DNA of 40,000 nucleotides from an uncultured Eubacteriaceae bacterium. Its GTDB lineage: Bacteria > Bacillota > Clostridia > Eubacteriales > Eubacteriaceae. Both the position numbers and the translations under genes were made by a program. The notes under the pieces were generated by a model that was not told where the DNA came from, searched no databases, and saw only the letters and a list, made by a program, of their open reading frames with translations. Of the stretch, positions 18,306 to 26,634 are shown piece after piece; the stretch's first letter is position 1; every line of letters starts with the position of its first letter. The stretch lies in contig CAMBHL010000003.1 in the NCBI GenBank assembly GCA_945867155.1, positions 160,099 to 200,098 on the forward strand, written 5' to 3'.

Positions 18306-18332
18306 CCTGTTCTCCATTACTGTTTATTGACG

Positions 18333-18491
18333 CTAAATCAGATGCATCAAGCCTGAAACCGCCGCGATCACCACGGCAATTCCCAAAAGTCCCACCAGCA
18401 GTCTGATCAGGCAGCCTGTCAGCTTCAGTTCAATTCTGATCACCAACAGTGCGACAATCGCTGCCACAATGTAAGAAATGATATTGTTCAT
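18333..18491 (-). CDS. Small hydrophobic membrane protein, unknown function
   Basis: Manual translation, 52 aa: MNNIISYIVAAIVALLVIRIELKLTGCLIRLLVGLLGIAVVIAAVSGLMHLI; shorter than the ORF track cutoff. Confidence 0.5.
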   Translation of the reverse strand: MNNIISYIVAAIVALLVIRIELKLTGCLIRLLVGLLGIAVVIAAVSGLMHLI

Positions 18492-18526
18492 ATTATAACA
18501 CTTTCTCAGGCTTTCACAAATCGAGA

Positions 18527-19186
18527 TTAACGCTTCCTGATAATTTCTCCTGAATTTTTCACGATCGATTCCGGGGCGACGACGCCGCGCACGCAGGTCG
18601 TCGGGTAAATGTTCGTGTGAGGTCCAATCACGCTCCCGGGATTGAGCACGGCGTTGCAGCCCACTTCGACGTAGTCCCCGAGCATGGCGCCGAATTTTTT
18701 CCGGCCGGTTTCGAGATTGTCTTCCCCGTCGTGCACCCAGACGTGCTGACGGTCTGCCCGGACGTTGGACGTGATGGAACCGGCGCCCATATGGGCGTGA
18801 AATCCCAGAATACTGTCCCCCACGTAATTGTAGTGAGGCGTTTCGACGTTATCGAACAAAATGACGTTCTTGAGCTCCACGGAGTTGCCAACAACGCAGT
18901 TTTCGCCGACCAAGGCTGATTCCCGGATAAAGGCGCAGTGGCGGACCTGGGTGTGGGCGCCGATGATGCACGGCGCGCCGATGTAAGCCGACGGAAAGAC
19001 CTCGGCCGTTTTGTGAATCCAGATACCTTCTTTCGGATGATCGTATGCTTCTTCAGAAAGGGATTTCCCCAATTCTAAGATCAAATCGTGAATACCTTCC
19101 AGGGCTTCCCAGGGATAGGTGAACTGCTTTAAATAATCAGCAGCCTGGGTATGATCGAGATCGAATAAATTTTGGATGGTTATCAT
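18527..19186 (-). CDS. Left-handed beta-helix nucleotidyl/acyltransferase-like protein (GlmU C-terminal-like)
   Basis: 219 aa with hexapeptide repeats AYIGAPCIIGAHTQVRHCAFIRESALVGENCVVGNSVELKNVILFDN...GSVIGPHTNIYPTTCVRGVV. Confidence 0.75.
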   Translation of the reverse strand: MITIQNLFDLDHTQAADYLKQFTYPWEALEGIHDLILELGKSLSEEAYDHPKEGIWIHKTAEVFPSAYIGAPCIIGAHTQVRHCAFIRESALVGENCVVGNSVELKNVILFDNVETPHYNYVGDSILGFHAHMGAGSITSNVRADRQHVWVHDGEDNLETGRKKFGAMLGDYVEVGCNAVLNPGSVIGPHTNIYPTTCVRGVVAPESIVKNSGEIIRKR

Positions 19187-19197
19187 TGCACTTTCTC

Positions 19198-20670
19198 CTA
19201 ATGCCGGCGGTACCTTCGGGTACTGCGGTTTGTTGTTTTTTCAGACGGAATGTTTTGGGTGCTCCGGCTCTGGCGGAGCTGGCGGGCGATTTCTGCCGCC
19301 TGACTCGACGTGTCGGAAGCGTTGCGGGAGACCGGGCGGGAAGCCACCGTCGTCCTTTTATAGGGCTTCAGGGGCGTGGACTGCATCCTGGCCCGCTGGC
19401 TCGCCGACCTTCTCGCTGAAACCATGCTCCTGGGCCGGGCCGGGGCGCTGCCGATAATGGATTCAATTTCCGAAATTGGGATGTGGCGCGTGTTGGCTGT
19501 CAGGAAGTCTTTATCGTGTTCGGTGGCGAACAGCGCCACGCCGAGCGCCAGCCAGAACGTGTTGTAGTTGATGCCCAAAATCAGCTGGTCGATGATCGCG
19601 AAAAGGGCGTAAGCTGAAGACACAAAGAGCAGGTAATATTCTTCCCGCTGATACATTTTCCACAGCCCGTAGATCACGATCGCCATAAACAAAATGCTGA
19701 AGATGATCCCGTATTCCTGAAGCACCAGAATATACAGCGAGTCAATAAAATTGTAGCCGGGATTGAACACCCCGCCGTCTGTGGACATCGGGAAAGCCCG
19801 CGGCCACCATTTGACCCCCCGGGTCGTCAGCGAGGTGTATTCCAGACGGAGCCGCCCCGAAAGGGTCGCGTTCAGATTCGCCCACTTGGTCACATTGGGA
19901 TCGTAATGATACCCGGCCCACAGACAGACCGCGCCAAAAATCAAAGGCGAAATCACCAAAAACATCCACAGTGGCTTCAGCTTGTCCGCCGGAATCGTGC
20001 GGTACTGGGACAAATAGGCGAAAACCATGACCAGAATCGTCAGATAAAAGGGCAGTCTGGAATTGGTCAGAATGAACAATGCCACGTTGGCCGGACCGAG
20101 AATGAGCAGCTCCAGCTTTCCGAGTTTTTCCTTGCGAATGTACACCACAAGGGCGCTGATGTTGAACAAAAGGGTCGGCCCGAAAGAGGCGTAGCGGAAG
20201 CCCACCCAGTGCCGGGGTCTGGCCACGTAGGAATCAAAATGATTCTGAATGATGCCCGCGAAGGAGCTGAACACGATGACCGCCAGCAGAATGGAACTGA
20301 CCACGATCGTGAGCTTGACCACTTTTTCAAAGTCGATGTCCCGGGCGCAGATGATGAACACCACGATCCACGTGACCGAATCGGTCACCACATCCCCGAT
20401 GGTAAAGTTGATTACCAACAGAAAAGCAAAGCCCAAAAGCACCCCGAGCTTTTCTTTGGTGGACCGGGGCGTGTTGATGATTTCCTTGCAGATCAACAGC
20501 AGAATGCTCAAAATCAACAGCTTCGTCCCCATCGCGAACTGATAGTCGACGACGAAGAACGACGTATTGATAATCGAGACGAAGAGATAAACCGTGTACG
20601 AAATGAAGAACAGCCAGCTGTTTAAATCCGTGTTGACAAAGCGCTTGAGTTCCGCTTTCATGCTCACCAC
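19198..20670 (-). CDS. O-antigen ligase / Wzy-like polytopic membrane protein
   Basis: 490 aa with many predicted transmembrane segments and a large central loop; ends in a hydrophilic Arg/Ser/Thr-rich tail (SSQAAEIARQLRQSRSTQNIPSEKTTNRSTRRYRRH). Confidence 0.65.
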   Translation of the reverse strand: MVSMKAELKRFVNTDLNSWLFFISYTVYLFVSIINTSFFVVDYQFAMGTKLLILSILLLICKEIINTPRSTKEKLGVLLGFAFLLVINFTIGDVVTDSVTWIVVFIICARDIDFEKVVKLTIVVSSILLAVIVFSSFAGIIQNHFDSYVARPRHWVGFRYASFGPTLLFNISALVVYIRKEKLGKLELLILGPANVALFILTNSRLPFYLTILVMVFAYLSQYRTIPADKLKPLWMFLVISPLIFGAVCLWAGYHYDPNVTKWANLNATLSGRLRLEYTSLTTRGVKWWPRAFPMSTDGGVFNPGYNFIDSLYILVLQEYGIIFSILFMAIVIYGLWKMYQREEYYLLFVSSAYALFAIIDQLILGINYNTFWLALGVALFATEHDKDFLTANTRHIPISEIESIIGSAPARPRSMVSARRSASQRARMQSTPLKPYKRTTVASRPVSRNASDTSSQAAEIARQLRQSRSTQNIPSEKTTNRSTRRYRRH

Positions 20671-21164
20671 GTCTTCACGAAGGCTTTAAGTTTGTCGATG
20701 GAAGACACCGACTTTTTGGTATTTCCGTTCACCTGGTAATATTTCGGTGTGCCGTTGGTGTTTTTCGACAAAACGCCTTTTCCCCGGATATTAAAAGCGA
20801 TGGACGTGCAGTAGCGGTCCTGATCAAAGCCAAAGACCACCGACGGCGACGTCTGGTCTTTCTGAACCACCGTGATTTGGTTGTTTGCCGAATCTTCTGA
20901 CACCGTGTACGCCGATTGATCCAGTGCGTTTACAGCCTGAAGGACATCGTCGTAAGACTGATTTTCGGCCGCCGCTCCCTGATCTTTCATGAACACGTCC
21001 TGGAACAGCGCTGTGGTTTCGTAATGGTGCGAACTGCCGGATGACGTTTTCTTCGAAGTTGTCGTCTTCGCCGATGACGCCCCGCCGCAGCCGGCCATCA
21101 CCAAGACCATCAATGCCGTTAAACCCAAAGCCCAAATCTTATTTTTTTTGATCATGTTTTTCAT
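20664..21164 (-). CDS. Predicted lipoprotein, unknown function
   Basis: 166 aa; signal peptide and lipobox ALGLTALMVLVMAGCGGASS. Confidence 0.65.
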   Translation of the reverse strand: MKNMIKKNKIWALGLTALMVLVMAGCGGASSAKTTTSKKTSSGSSHHYETTALFQDVFMKDQGAAAENQSYDDVLQAVNALDQSAYTVSEDSANNQITVVQKDQTSPSVVFGFDQDRYCTSIAFNIRGKGVLSKNTNGTPKYYQVNGNTKKSVSSIDKLKAFVKTW

Positions 21165-21174
21165 CTCTCCTCTT

Positions 21175-21825
21175 TTATCTTCGCTTCCGGCTCACCGCCC
21201 GTTTGGGGATGAAAATCCGGTAAATCATATAACCGACGAAAGTTCCCAGGGTATTGTTGAAAATATCATCGAATTCAAACAGCCCGCAGTGGAAGACGTA
21301 CTGCATCACTTCGATGGACAAAGAACACGCAAAGCCAAACAGCAGCGTCTGCCAGAAACAGCGTCTGCCCCGGGCCAAGGGGAACAAAAACCCCACGGGC
21401 ATGAGCATCGCGATGTTGAGGAAAATCTGCTTGGCTAAATACCAGCTGTGCTGGGCCAGCATGCTCTTGTATTCCCAGAACAAATTGAGGTTCGCCTGGG
21501 ACGCCGCTGTCGGCACTCTGGAAAACACCGTCGAGCCGAACATCAAATACAGATACAGAATCAAAAGCCAGCCAAAAAGCAGCTGACTCGGCCGGATGCG
21601 CCGGCGGAAGCACATGACGATGCCCGCCACAAGGGAAACCGTTAAAATCAAAAGGCCGACCCGAACCATGTTCGGCGTCCAGACGGGATGATACCCTTCC
21701 CAGACGTTGCCAGCCCAGGCTTTCAAATCCGTCCGCTCAAGCTTCGCCGCCAAAGCGTTTAAGCCCCGCGTCAGCAAGGCAAAAAAATTCGTGGTTCTCA
21801 TAACAATTGTCCTGCCTATCTTCAC
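21175..21825 (-). CDS. VanZ family protein
   Basis: 216 aa; LYLYLMFGSTVFSR, LNIAMLMPVGFLFPL, ACSLSIEVMQYVFHCGLFEFDDIFNNTLGTFVGY. Confidence 0.9.
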   Translation of the reverse strand: MKIGRTIVMRTTNFFALLTRGLNALAAKLERTDLKAWAGNVWEGYHPVWTPNMVRVGLLILTVSLVAGIVMCFRRRIRPSQLLFGWLLILYLYLMFGSTVFSRVPTAASQANLNLFWEYKSMLAQHSWYLAKQIFLNIAMLMPVGFLFPLARGRRCFWQTLLFGFACSLSIEVMQYVFHCGLFEFDDIFNNTLGTFVGYMIYRIFIPKRAVSRKRR

Positions 21826-21873
21826 TTTGTCTAAGCATTATAGATAATCTTATTTAATGCTTCCTGAATCTTC

Positions 21874-21900
21874 AAAAAAAAAGCTCTTCCGAAGAAGAGC
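21874..21900 (-). terminator. Rho-independent terminator after tRNA-Gly
   Basis: Minus strand GCTCTTC-TTCG-GAAGAGC followed by TTTTTTTTT; 7 bp perfect stem with UUCG tetraloop. Confidence 0.9.
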
Positions 21901-21912
21901 GTAATTTTAAAA

Positions 21913-21987
21913 TGGAGCGGAAGACGAGATTTGAACTCGCGACCCTCGCCATGGCAAGGCGATGCTCTACCACTGAGCCACTTCCGC
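21913..21987 (-). tRNA. tRNA-Gly (anticodon GCC)
   Basis: Reverse complement GCGGAAGTGGCTCAGTGGTAGAGCATCGCCTTGCCATGGCGAGGGTCGCGAGTTCAAATCTCGTCTTCCGCTCCA folds as a cloverleaf with encoded CCA. Confidence 0.95.
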
Positions 21988-21991
21988 AAAA

Positions 21992-22082
21992 TGGTGCGAG
22001 GAAAGGGATTCGAACCCTCACCGCTGTATAAGGAGCGACAGGTCCCTCAAACCTGCGTGTCTGCCTGTTCCACCATCCTCGC
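21992..22082 (-). tRNA. tRNA-Leu (anticodon GAG)
   Basis: Reverse complement GCGAGGATGGTGGAACAGGCAGACACGCAGGTTTGAGGGACCTGTCGCTCCTTATACAGCGGTGAGGGTTCGAATCCCTTTCCTCGCACCA; long variable arm, encoded CCA. Confidence 0.93.
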
Positions 22083-22147
22083 AAACCAGTTGTTCATAAC
22101 AGAACGATATTATTATAGCGAACTGTTATGAAGATTGCAAGTGTTTT

Positions 22148-22762
22148 TTATAAAATTTCCGTGATAAATTTTTCGACGTTCTGTTCCAACGTTTTTTCGT
22201 CCCGGCTGTTGTCGACGATCCAGTCCGCCCGGCAGATCATTTCATCGTCCGGCATCTGCAGATTTAACATCTTCTGCGCGAGCTTTTCGCCGATGTGATC
22301 CCGGGCCATGAGCCGGGCGACGCGCACCGGCGTGTGGCAGATCACCACGAGGATCTGATCCACGTAGCGTTCCTGATGGGTTTGGAAAAACATCGGGCAA
22401 TCATAGACCACAAGCGGCGTCCCGGCCTTTTGGTGATCCGCAATTGCTTCTAAAATGACCTGTTGGAGAATGGGATACTGAATGGCTTCGAGAGCCGCCT
22501 TCACATCAGGATCTTCCGTCATTTTGCGCCGGAGCAGGCCGCGGTCAAGCGCCCCGTCCGGGGTCAGCACCCCTTCGCCAAACCGCTCGACAATGAGCGG
22601 CAGAGCTTTTCCGCCCGGGGCGGTGATGGCGTGGGCCAGCTGGTCCGCGTCCACCACCGGGCAGTGATACTTCTCTTTTAACAATTTTGAGACCGAACTT
22701 TTTCCAGAGGCAATCCCTCCAGTGAGGCCGACGACAATGGATTTTCGTTTATTTGATGGCAT
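22148..22762 (-). CDS. coaE: Dephospho-CoA kinase
   Basis: Start MPSNKRKSIVVGLTGGIASGKSSVSKLL (P-loop), DADQLAHAI, PLVVYDCPMFF, ADWIVDNS. Confidence 0.93.
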   Translation of the reverse strand: MPSNKRKSIVVGLTGGIASGKSSVSKLLKEKYHCPVVDADQLAHAITAPGGKALPLIVERFGEGVLTPDGALDRGLLRRKMTEDPDVKAALEAIQYPILQQVILEAIADHQKAGTPLVVYDCPMFFQTHQERYVDQILVVICHTPVRVARLMARDHIGEKLAQKMLNLQMPDDEMICRADWIVDNSRDEKTLEQNVEKFITEIL

Positions 22763-25421
22763 ACCACGAATCTCCTTCATGAGCGTCGACCACCAACGGC
22801 ACGGCCAGCTGCACCGTATTTTCCATTTCTTCGATCAAAAGGGCCAGCACGTCGTCCGCTTCGTCCTTCGGCGCGTCGATGATGAGTTCATCGTGAATCT
22901 GCAGAATCAAGTGAGAGCGCAGACTTTCTTTCTGCAGGCGCTTGTACACGCGGATCATGGCCATTTTCATGATGTCCGCCGCCGTGCCTTGGATCGGCGT
23001 GTTCAGCGCGATGCGCTCGCCGCTTTTGCGGATCATGCCGTTGCGGGACTGAATTTCCGGAATGTTGCGCCGGCGCCCGAACAGCGTCGTGACGTAGCCC
23101 TTTTCCTTGGCCGAGGCCACGATGTTTTCCATATAAGCCTGCACTTTCGGGTAGCGGGCGAAATACATGTCGATGTAGTTCTGGGCCTGCTGGCGGCTGA
23201 TGCCCAGCTCTTTGCCGAGACTGAAAGCCTGTTTGCCGTAAATGAGACCGAAGTTGACGGCCTTCGCGTGGCTGCGCTGTTCCCGAGTCACCTTTTCGAG
23301 GGACACGCCGAAAATTTCAGAAGCTGTTCTCGCGTGGATGTCCTCTTCCCGCTTAAAGGACTGGATCAGATTTTCATCGCCAGTCAAATGGGCCAGCACC
23401 CGGAGCTCGATCTGGGAATAGTCCGCGTCGAGGAGCGTCCGGTCCGGGCTTTCAGGAATAAAGACCTTGCGGATTTCCCGGCCGAGGTCCGTGCGCACTG
23501 GAATGTTCTGGAGGTTGGGGTCTGAAGATGAAATCCGCCCCGTCGCCGTCACCGTCTGGTTGAAATGGGAGTACACCCGTTGGGTCTTCGGGTCGACGTA
23601 TTTAATCAGGCCGGCACCGTAAGTGGAGTCCAGCTTTGTGACCGTCCGATACTCGAGAATCGCCGGCACGATGTCGTGATAAGGGGCCAGCTGTTCCAGC
23701 ACTTCCACCGACGTCGAATAGCCGGTTTTCGTCTTTTTGATGGCCGGCAGCTGAAGTTCTTCAAACAGCACCTGGCCCAGCTGCTTCGTGGAGTTGATGT
23801 TGAATTCGCGGCCTGCCGCGTTGTAAATCTGATCGGTCAGATCGTGAATCCGGCTTTCAAAGGTTTTTGACAAATCCTTGAGCTGGTCCACATCGATCTG
23901 AAAGCCGATGCTTTCCATGGACGCCAGGACTTCAATCAGCGGCATTTCGATGTCTTCGTAAAGCCGAGTCATGCCCTGTTCTTCGAGGCATTGGCGCAGT
24001 TCTTTTTCCAAATCGATGAGAACCTGGCATTCTTTGGCCATCTGGGGCGCCATCACTTCCGGCGCGAGATCCCCGAGCTTTTTCCGCTTTTTTCCCTTGC
24101 CGAACAAACTTTCTTCGTCAGGGATGCTGCGGTCGAGGTATTTGCGGGCCAGGTCCGACAGGGCGTAGCGCCGGTCCGTCGGTTCCAGCAGATAGGCTGC
24201 GATGTAGGTGTCAAAGCCGAGATTCGCCACAGATGCCCCTTCGGCTTCAAAAGCGTGGATCAACGTCTTCAGGTCGTGGCCGGTGACGGCCAGGTCGTCG
24301 GCGTTGGGCAGATCGTCAAATTCATGGATAAAACGGCGAATGAGCTTGGGATCGTCCATGACCCAGATTGTCTTGAAGTTGCTGACCGCCAGATACGCCG
24401 CGTCTTCTTCTTCCCGAAGGTGCAGGGCGATCCGGTCCCATTTTGCGATCTGCAGCTGAAGGAAATACAGATCCTTTTCTGAATCCAGATGAGAAAAAGG
24501 CACCGCTTCTCCCCCATCAGTGCCCAAAGTTTGGGGCTGGCCTTTGGTGCGTTCCACACTGCGGATGATCGACGAAAATTCCAATTCTTTTAAAGTCGCC
24601 ATGACATCCGGATTAAAGAGATCATTCATCGCCAGGGCTTTGTCGTCTGTTTTGACCGGCGCCTTAACGTCGATGCGCCCGAGGAACAGACTCAAATAGG
24701 CGTTGTCCTTTCCCGCTTCCACTTTTTCTTTCTGCTTGCCTTTGAGCTCGTCGATGTGAGCGTACAGGCCGTCCACGGTCTTGTATTTTTTAACGAATTT
24801 CAGAGCCGTCTTTTCCCCAATGCCCTTGATGCCGGGGATATTGTCCGAGGTATCCCCCATGAGGGCCTTCACCTGGATGAGGTCCGCCGGTTCCACCCCG
24901 TACTTGTCTTCAATGGCCGCCGGGTCCATTTCCACAAACTGAGAACCGCTCCGGGTCGTCGTGTACAAAATGTGGATGTTGTCTTCGACGAGCTGGAAGG
25001 AGTCCCGATCCCCGGTGATGATCTGGACCAGCACCGGTTCGTCCCGATGGGCAAAGGCCTTAGCCACGGTCCCGACAATGTCGTCCGCTTCGTACCCCGG
25101 CAGGGTCAGCACCGGCACCTGCATTTCCCCGAGCAGTTTCTTCATCAAATCCAGCTGGGTGATGAGCTCGTCAGGCATTTTGTCCCGGCCAGCCTTGTAG
25201 TCATCGAATTTTTCGTGGCGGAAAGTCGGTTCCGGCAAATCAAAGGCCACCCCGAGATAATCGGGCCGCATCTCATTCTGAATCTGCTGGAGCAGCTTGA
25301 CGAAGCCATACACCGCGTTGGTCGGCACCCCTTTGGAATTCGCCATGCCGCGAATGCCGTAAAACATCCGGAATAAAATGCTGTTGCCGTCGATTAATAT
25401 GGCCTTTTGCTTTGCCGCCAT
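22749..25421 (-). CDS. polA: DNA polymerase I
   Basis: 890 aa; 5'-3' exonuclease domain (LIDGNSILFRMFYG, PGYEADDIVGT, GDRDSFQL) and polymerase motifs (DADYSQIELRVLAHL, RSHAKAVNFGLIYG, LQIHDELI). The central proofreading domain lacks the catalytic acidic residues. Confidence 0.97.
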   Translation of the reverse strand: MAAKQKAILIDGNSILFRMFYGIRGMANSKGVPTNAVYGFVKLLQQIQNEMRPDYLGVAFDLPEPTFRHEKFDDYKAGRDKMPDELITQLDLMKKLLGEMQVPVLTLPGYEADDIVGTVAKAFAHRDEPVLVQIITGDRDSFQLVEDNIHILYTTTRSGSQFVEMDPAAIEDKYGVEPADLIQVKALMGDTSDNIPGIKGIGEKTALKFVKKYKTVDGLYAHIDELKGKQKEKVEAGKDNAYLSLFLGRIDVKAPVKTDDKALAMNDLFNPDVMATLKELEFSSIIRSVERTKGQPQTLGTDGGEAVPFSHLDSEKDLYFLQLQIAKWDRIALHLREEEDAAYLAVSNFKTIWVMDDPKLIRRFIHEFDDLPNADDLAVTGHDLKTLIHAFEAEGASVANLGFDTYIAAYLLEPTDRRYALSDLARKYLDRSIPDEESLFGKGKKRKKLGDLAPEVMAPQMAKECQVLIDLEKELRQCLEEQGMTRLYEDIEMPLIEVLASMESIGFQIDVDQLKDLSKTFESRIHDLTDQIYNAAGREFNINSTKQLGQVLFEELQLPAIKKTKTGYSTSVEVLEQLAPYHDIVPAILEYRTVTKLDSTYGAGLIKYVDPKTQRVYSHFNQTVTATGRISSSDPNLQNIPVRTDLGREIRKVFIPESPDRTLLDADYSQIELRVLAHLTGDENLIQSFKREEDIHARTASEIFGVSLEKVTREQRSHAKAVNFGLIYGKQAFSLGKELGISRQQAQNYIDMYFARYPKVQAYMENIVASAKEKGYVTTLFGRRRNIPEIQSRNGMIRKSGERIALNTPIQGTAADIMKMAMIRVYKRLQKESLRSHLILQIHDELIIDAPKDEADDVLALLIEEMENTVQLAVPLVVDAHEGDSWYAIK

Positions 25422-25442
25422 CCTGTCCTCCTGTGTTTTGTT

Positions 25443-26459
25443 TTAATCTCTGTACCCGTTGGGGTTCTGTTTCTGCCAATTCCACGAATCCCGACACATG
25501 TCTTCGAGGGTGCGAGTCGCCGTCCAGCCCAACACTTTTTTCGCTTTGTCCGCGTTGGCCCAGAATTCCGGCAGGTCGCCGGCGCGTCTCGGCCCGAATT
25601 CGTATTTGATTTTGAGGTCATTGGCCTTTTCAAAAGCTTTGACGATTTCCAAGACGGAATATGGGGTGCCCGTGCCCAAATTAAAGATATTCGTTCCCGG
25701 ATGATCCGCGATGTATTCCACGGCCTTGACGTGGCCTTCGGCGAGATCCATCACGTGGATGTAGTCCCGGCGGCACGTGCCGTCCGGCGTGTCGTAGTCG
25801 TTGCCGAAAATCGTCAGGTGATCCAGCTTGCCCACAGCCACCTGGGAAATATAGGGCATCAGGTTGTTGGGAATCCCCTTGGGATCTTCGCCGATCATGC
25901 CGCTTTCGTGGGCGCCGATGGGATTGAAGTAGCGCAGCAGCACGAGATTCATGTCCGGATCAGCGGCCACCGCGTCGGTGAGAATCTGTTCCATCATGTA
26001 TTTGGTCCATCCGTAGGGGTTCGAGCAGCTGCCCCGGTGCATCGTTTCGACGTATGGAATCGCGTTTTCCGCGCCATACACCGTCGCTGATGACGAGAAC
26101 ACGAAGTTCTTCACCCCGGTCGCTTCCATGCATTCCAAAAGCGTCAGGGTCGTGTCGATGTTGTTGCGGTAGTAGAACAGCGGTTTTTTCACCGATTCGC
26201 CCACGGCTTTAAGGCCTGCGAAATGGATGACGCAGTCGATGTCGTTTTCCTTAAAGATTTTCATCATGGCATCCCGGTCCTGGACGTCCGCTTCGTACAA
26301 GGTCACCGGCTTGCCCGTCAGTTTTTCCACCCGGCGCACTGCTTCCGGCGACGCGTTGTAATAATTATCTGCGATCACGACGTCGTGGCCGCTGTTGAGC
26401 AAAGCCAAAGCCGTATGACTACCAATGTAGCCGGCACCGCCAGCAAGTAATATTTTCAT
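25443..26459 (-). CDS. galE: UDP-glucose 4-epimerase
   Basis: 338 aa; MKILLAGGAGYIGSHTALALL, SSSATVYG, YGWTKYMMEQIL, RDYIHVMDLAEGH. Confidence 0.96.
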   Translation of the reverse strand: MKILLAGGAGYIGSHTALALLNSGHDVVIADNYYNASPEAVRRVEKLTGKPVTLYEADVQDRDAMMKIFKENDIDCVIHFAGLKAVGESVKKPLFYYRNNIDTTLTLLECMEATGVKNFVFSSSATVYGAENAIPYVETMHRGSCSNPYGWTKYMMEQILTDAVAADPDMNLVLLRYFNPIGAHESGMIGEDPKGIPNNLMPYISQVAVGKLDHLTIFGNDYDTPDGTCRRDYIHVMDLAEGHVKAVEYIADHPGTNIFNLGTGTPYSVLEIVKAFEKANDLKIKYEFGPRRAGDLPEFWANADKAKKVLGWTATRTLEDMCRDSWNWQKQNPNGYRD

Positions 26460-26494
26460 GGAAACCTCCTAATGATTATCGTAATATCGTTTGT

Positions 26495-26524
26495 ATTATA
26501 CCCCATTTGTCCTTTCCGTGCCAA
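26495..26524 (-). promoter_or_regulatory. Sigma-70-type promoter for galE
   Basis: Minus strand TTGGCA, 18 bp spacer, TATAAT, about 35 bp upstream of galE. Confidence 0.7.
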
Positions 26525-26564
26525 CTTCAAGCAATATTTATCTTTGATTGTGCTGTTTCGTCTC

Positions 26565-26594
26565 TTGTTTCCCCAATCGTAAACGTGCTACAAT
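26565..26594 (+). promoter_or_regulatory. Sigma-70-type promoter for the MtnK-like kinase gene
   Basis: TTGTTT, 18 bp spacer, TACAAT, about 40 bp upstream of ATG 26635. Confidence 0.5.
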
Positions 26595-26634
26595 GATAAA
26601 ATATAAAAATAAGAAAGAGAGATGGAGGACGAAC

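Noticed and set aside
23991-24482. Long plus-strand ORFs across polA (22722..23525, 23991..24482, 24756..25376)
   Set aside because: Shadow frames opposite a complete polA with all catalytic motifs; the sequences show no family signature.
26595-26634. SAM (S-box) riboswitch upstream of the MtnK-like gene
   Set aside because: The distance from promoter to start codon is only about 40 nt, too short for an S-box aptamer and expression platform.
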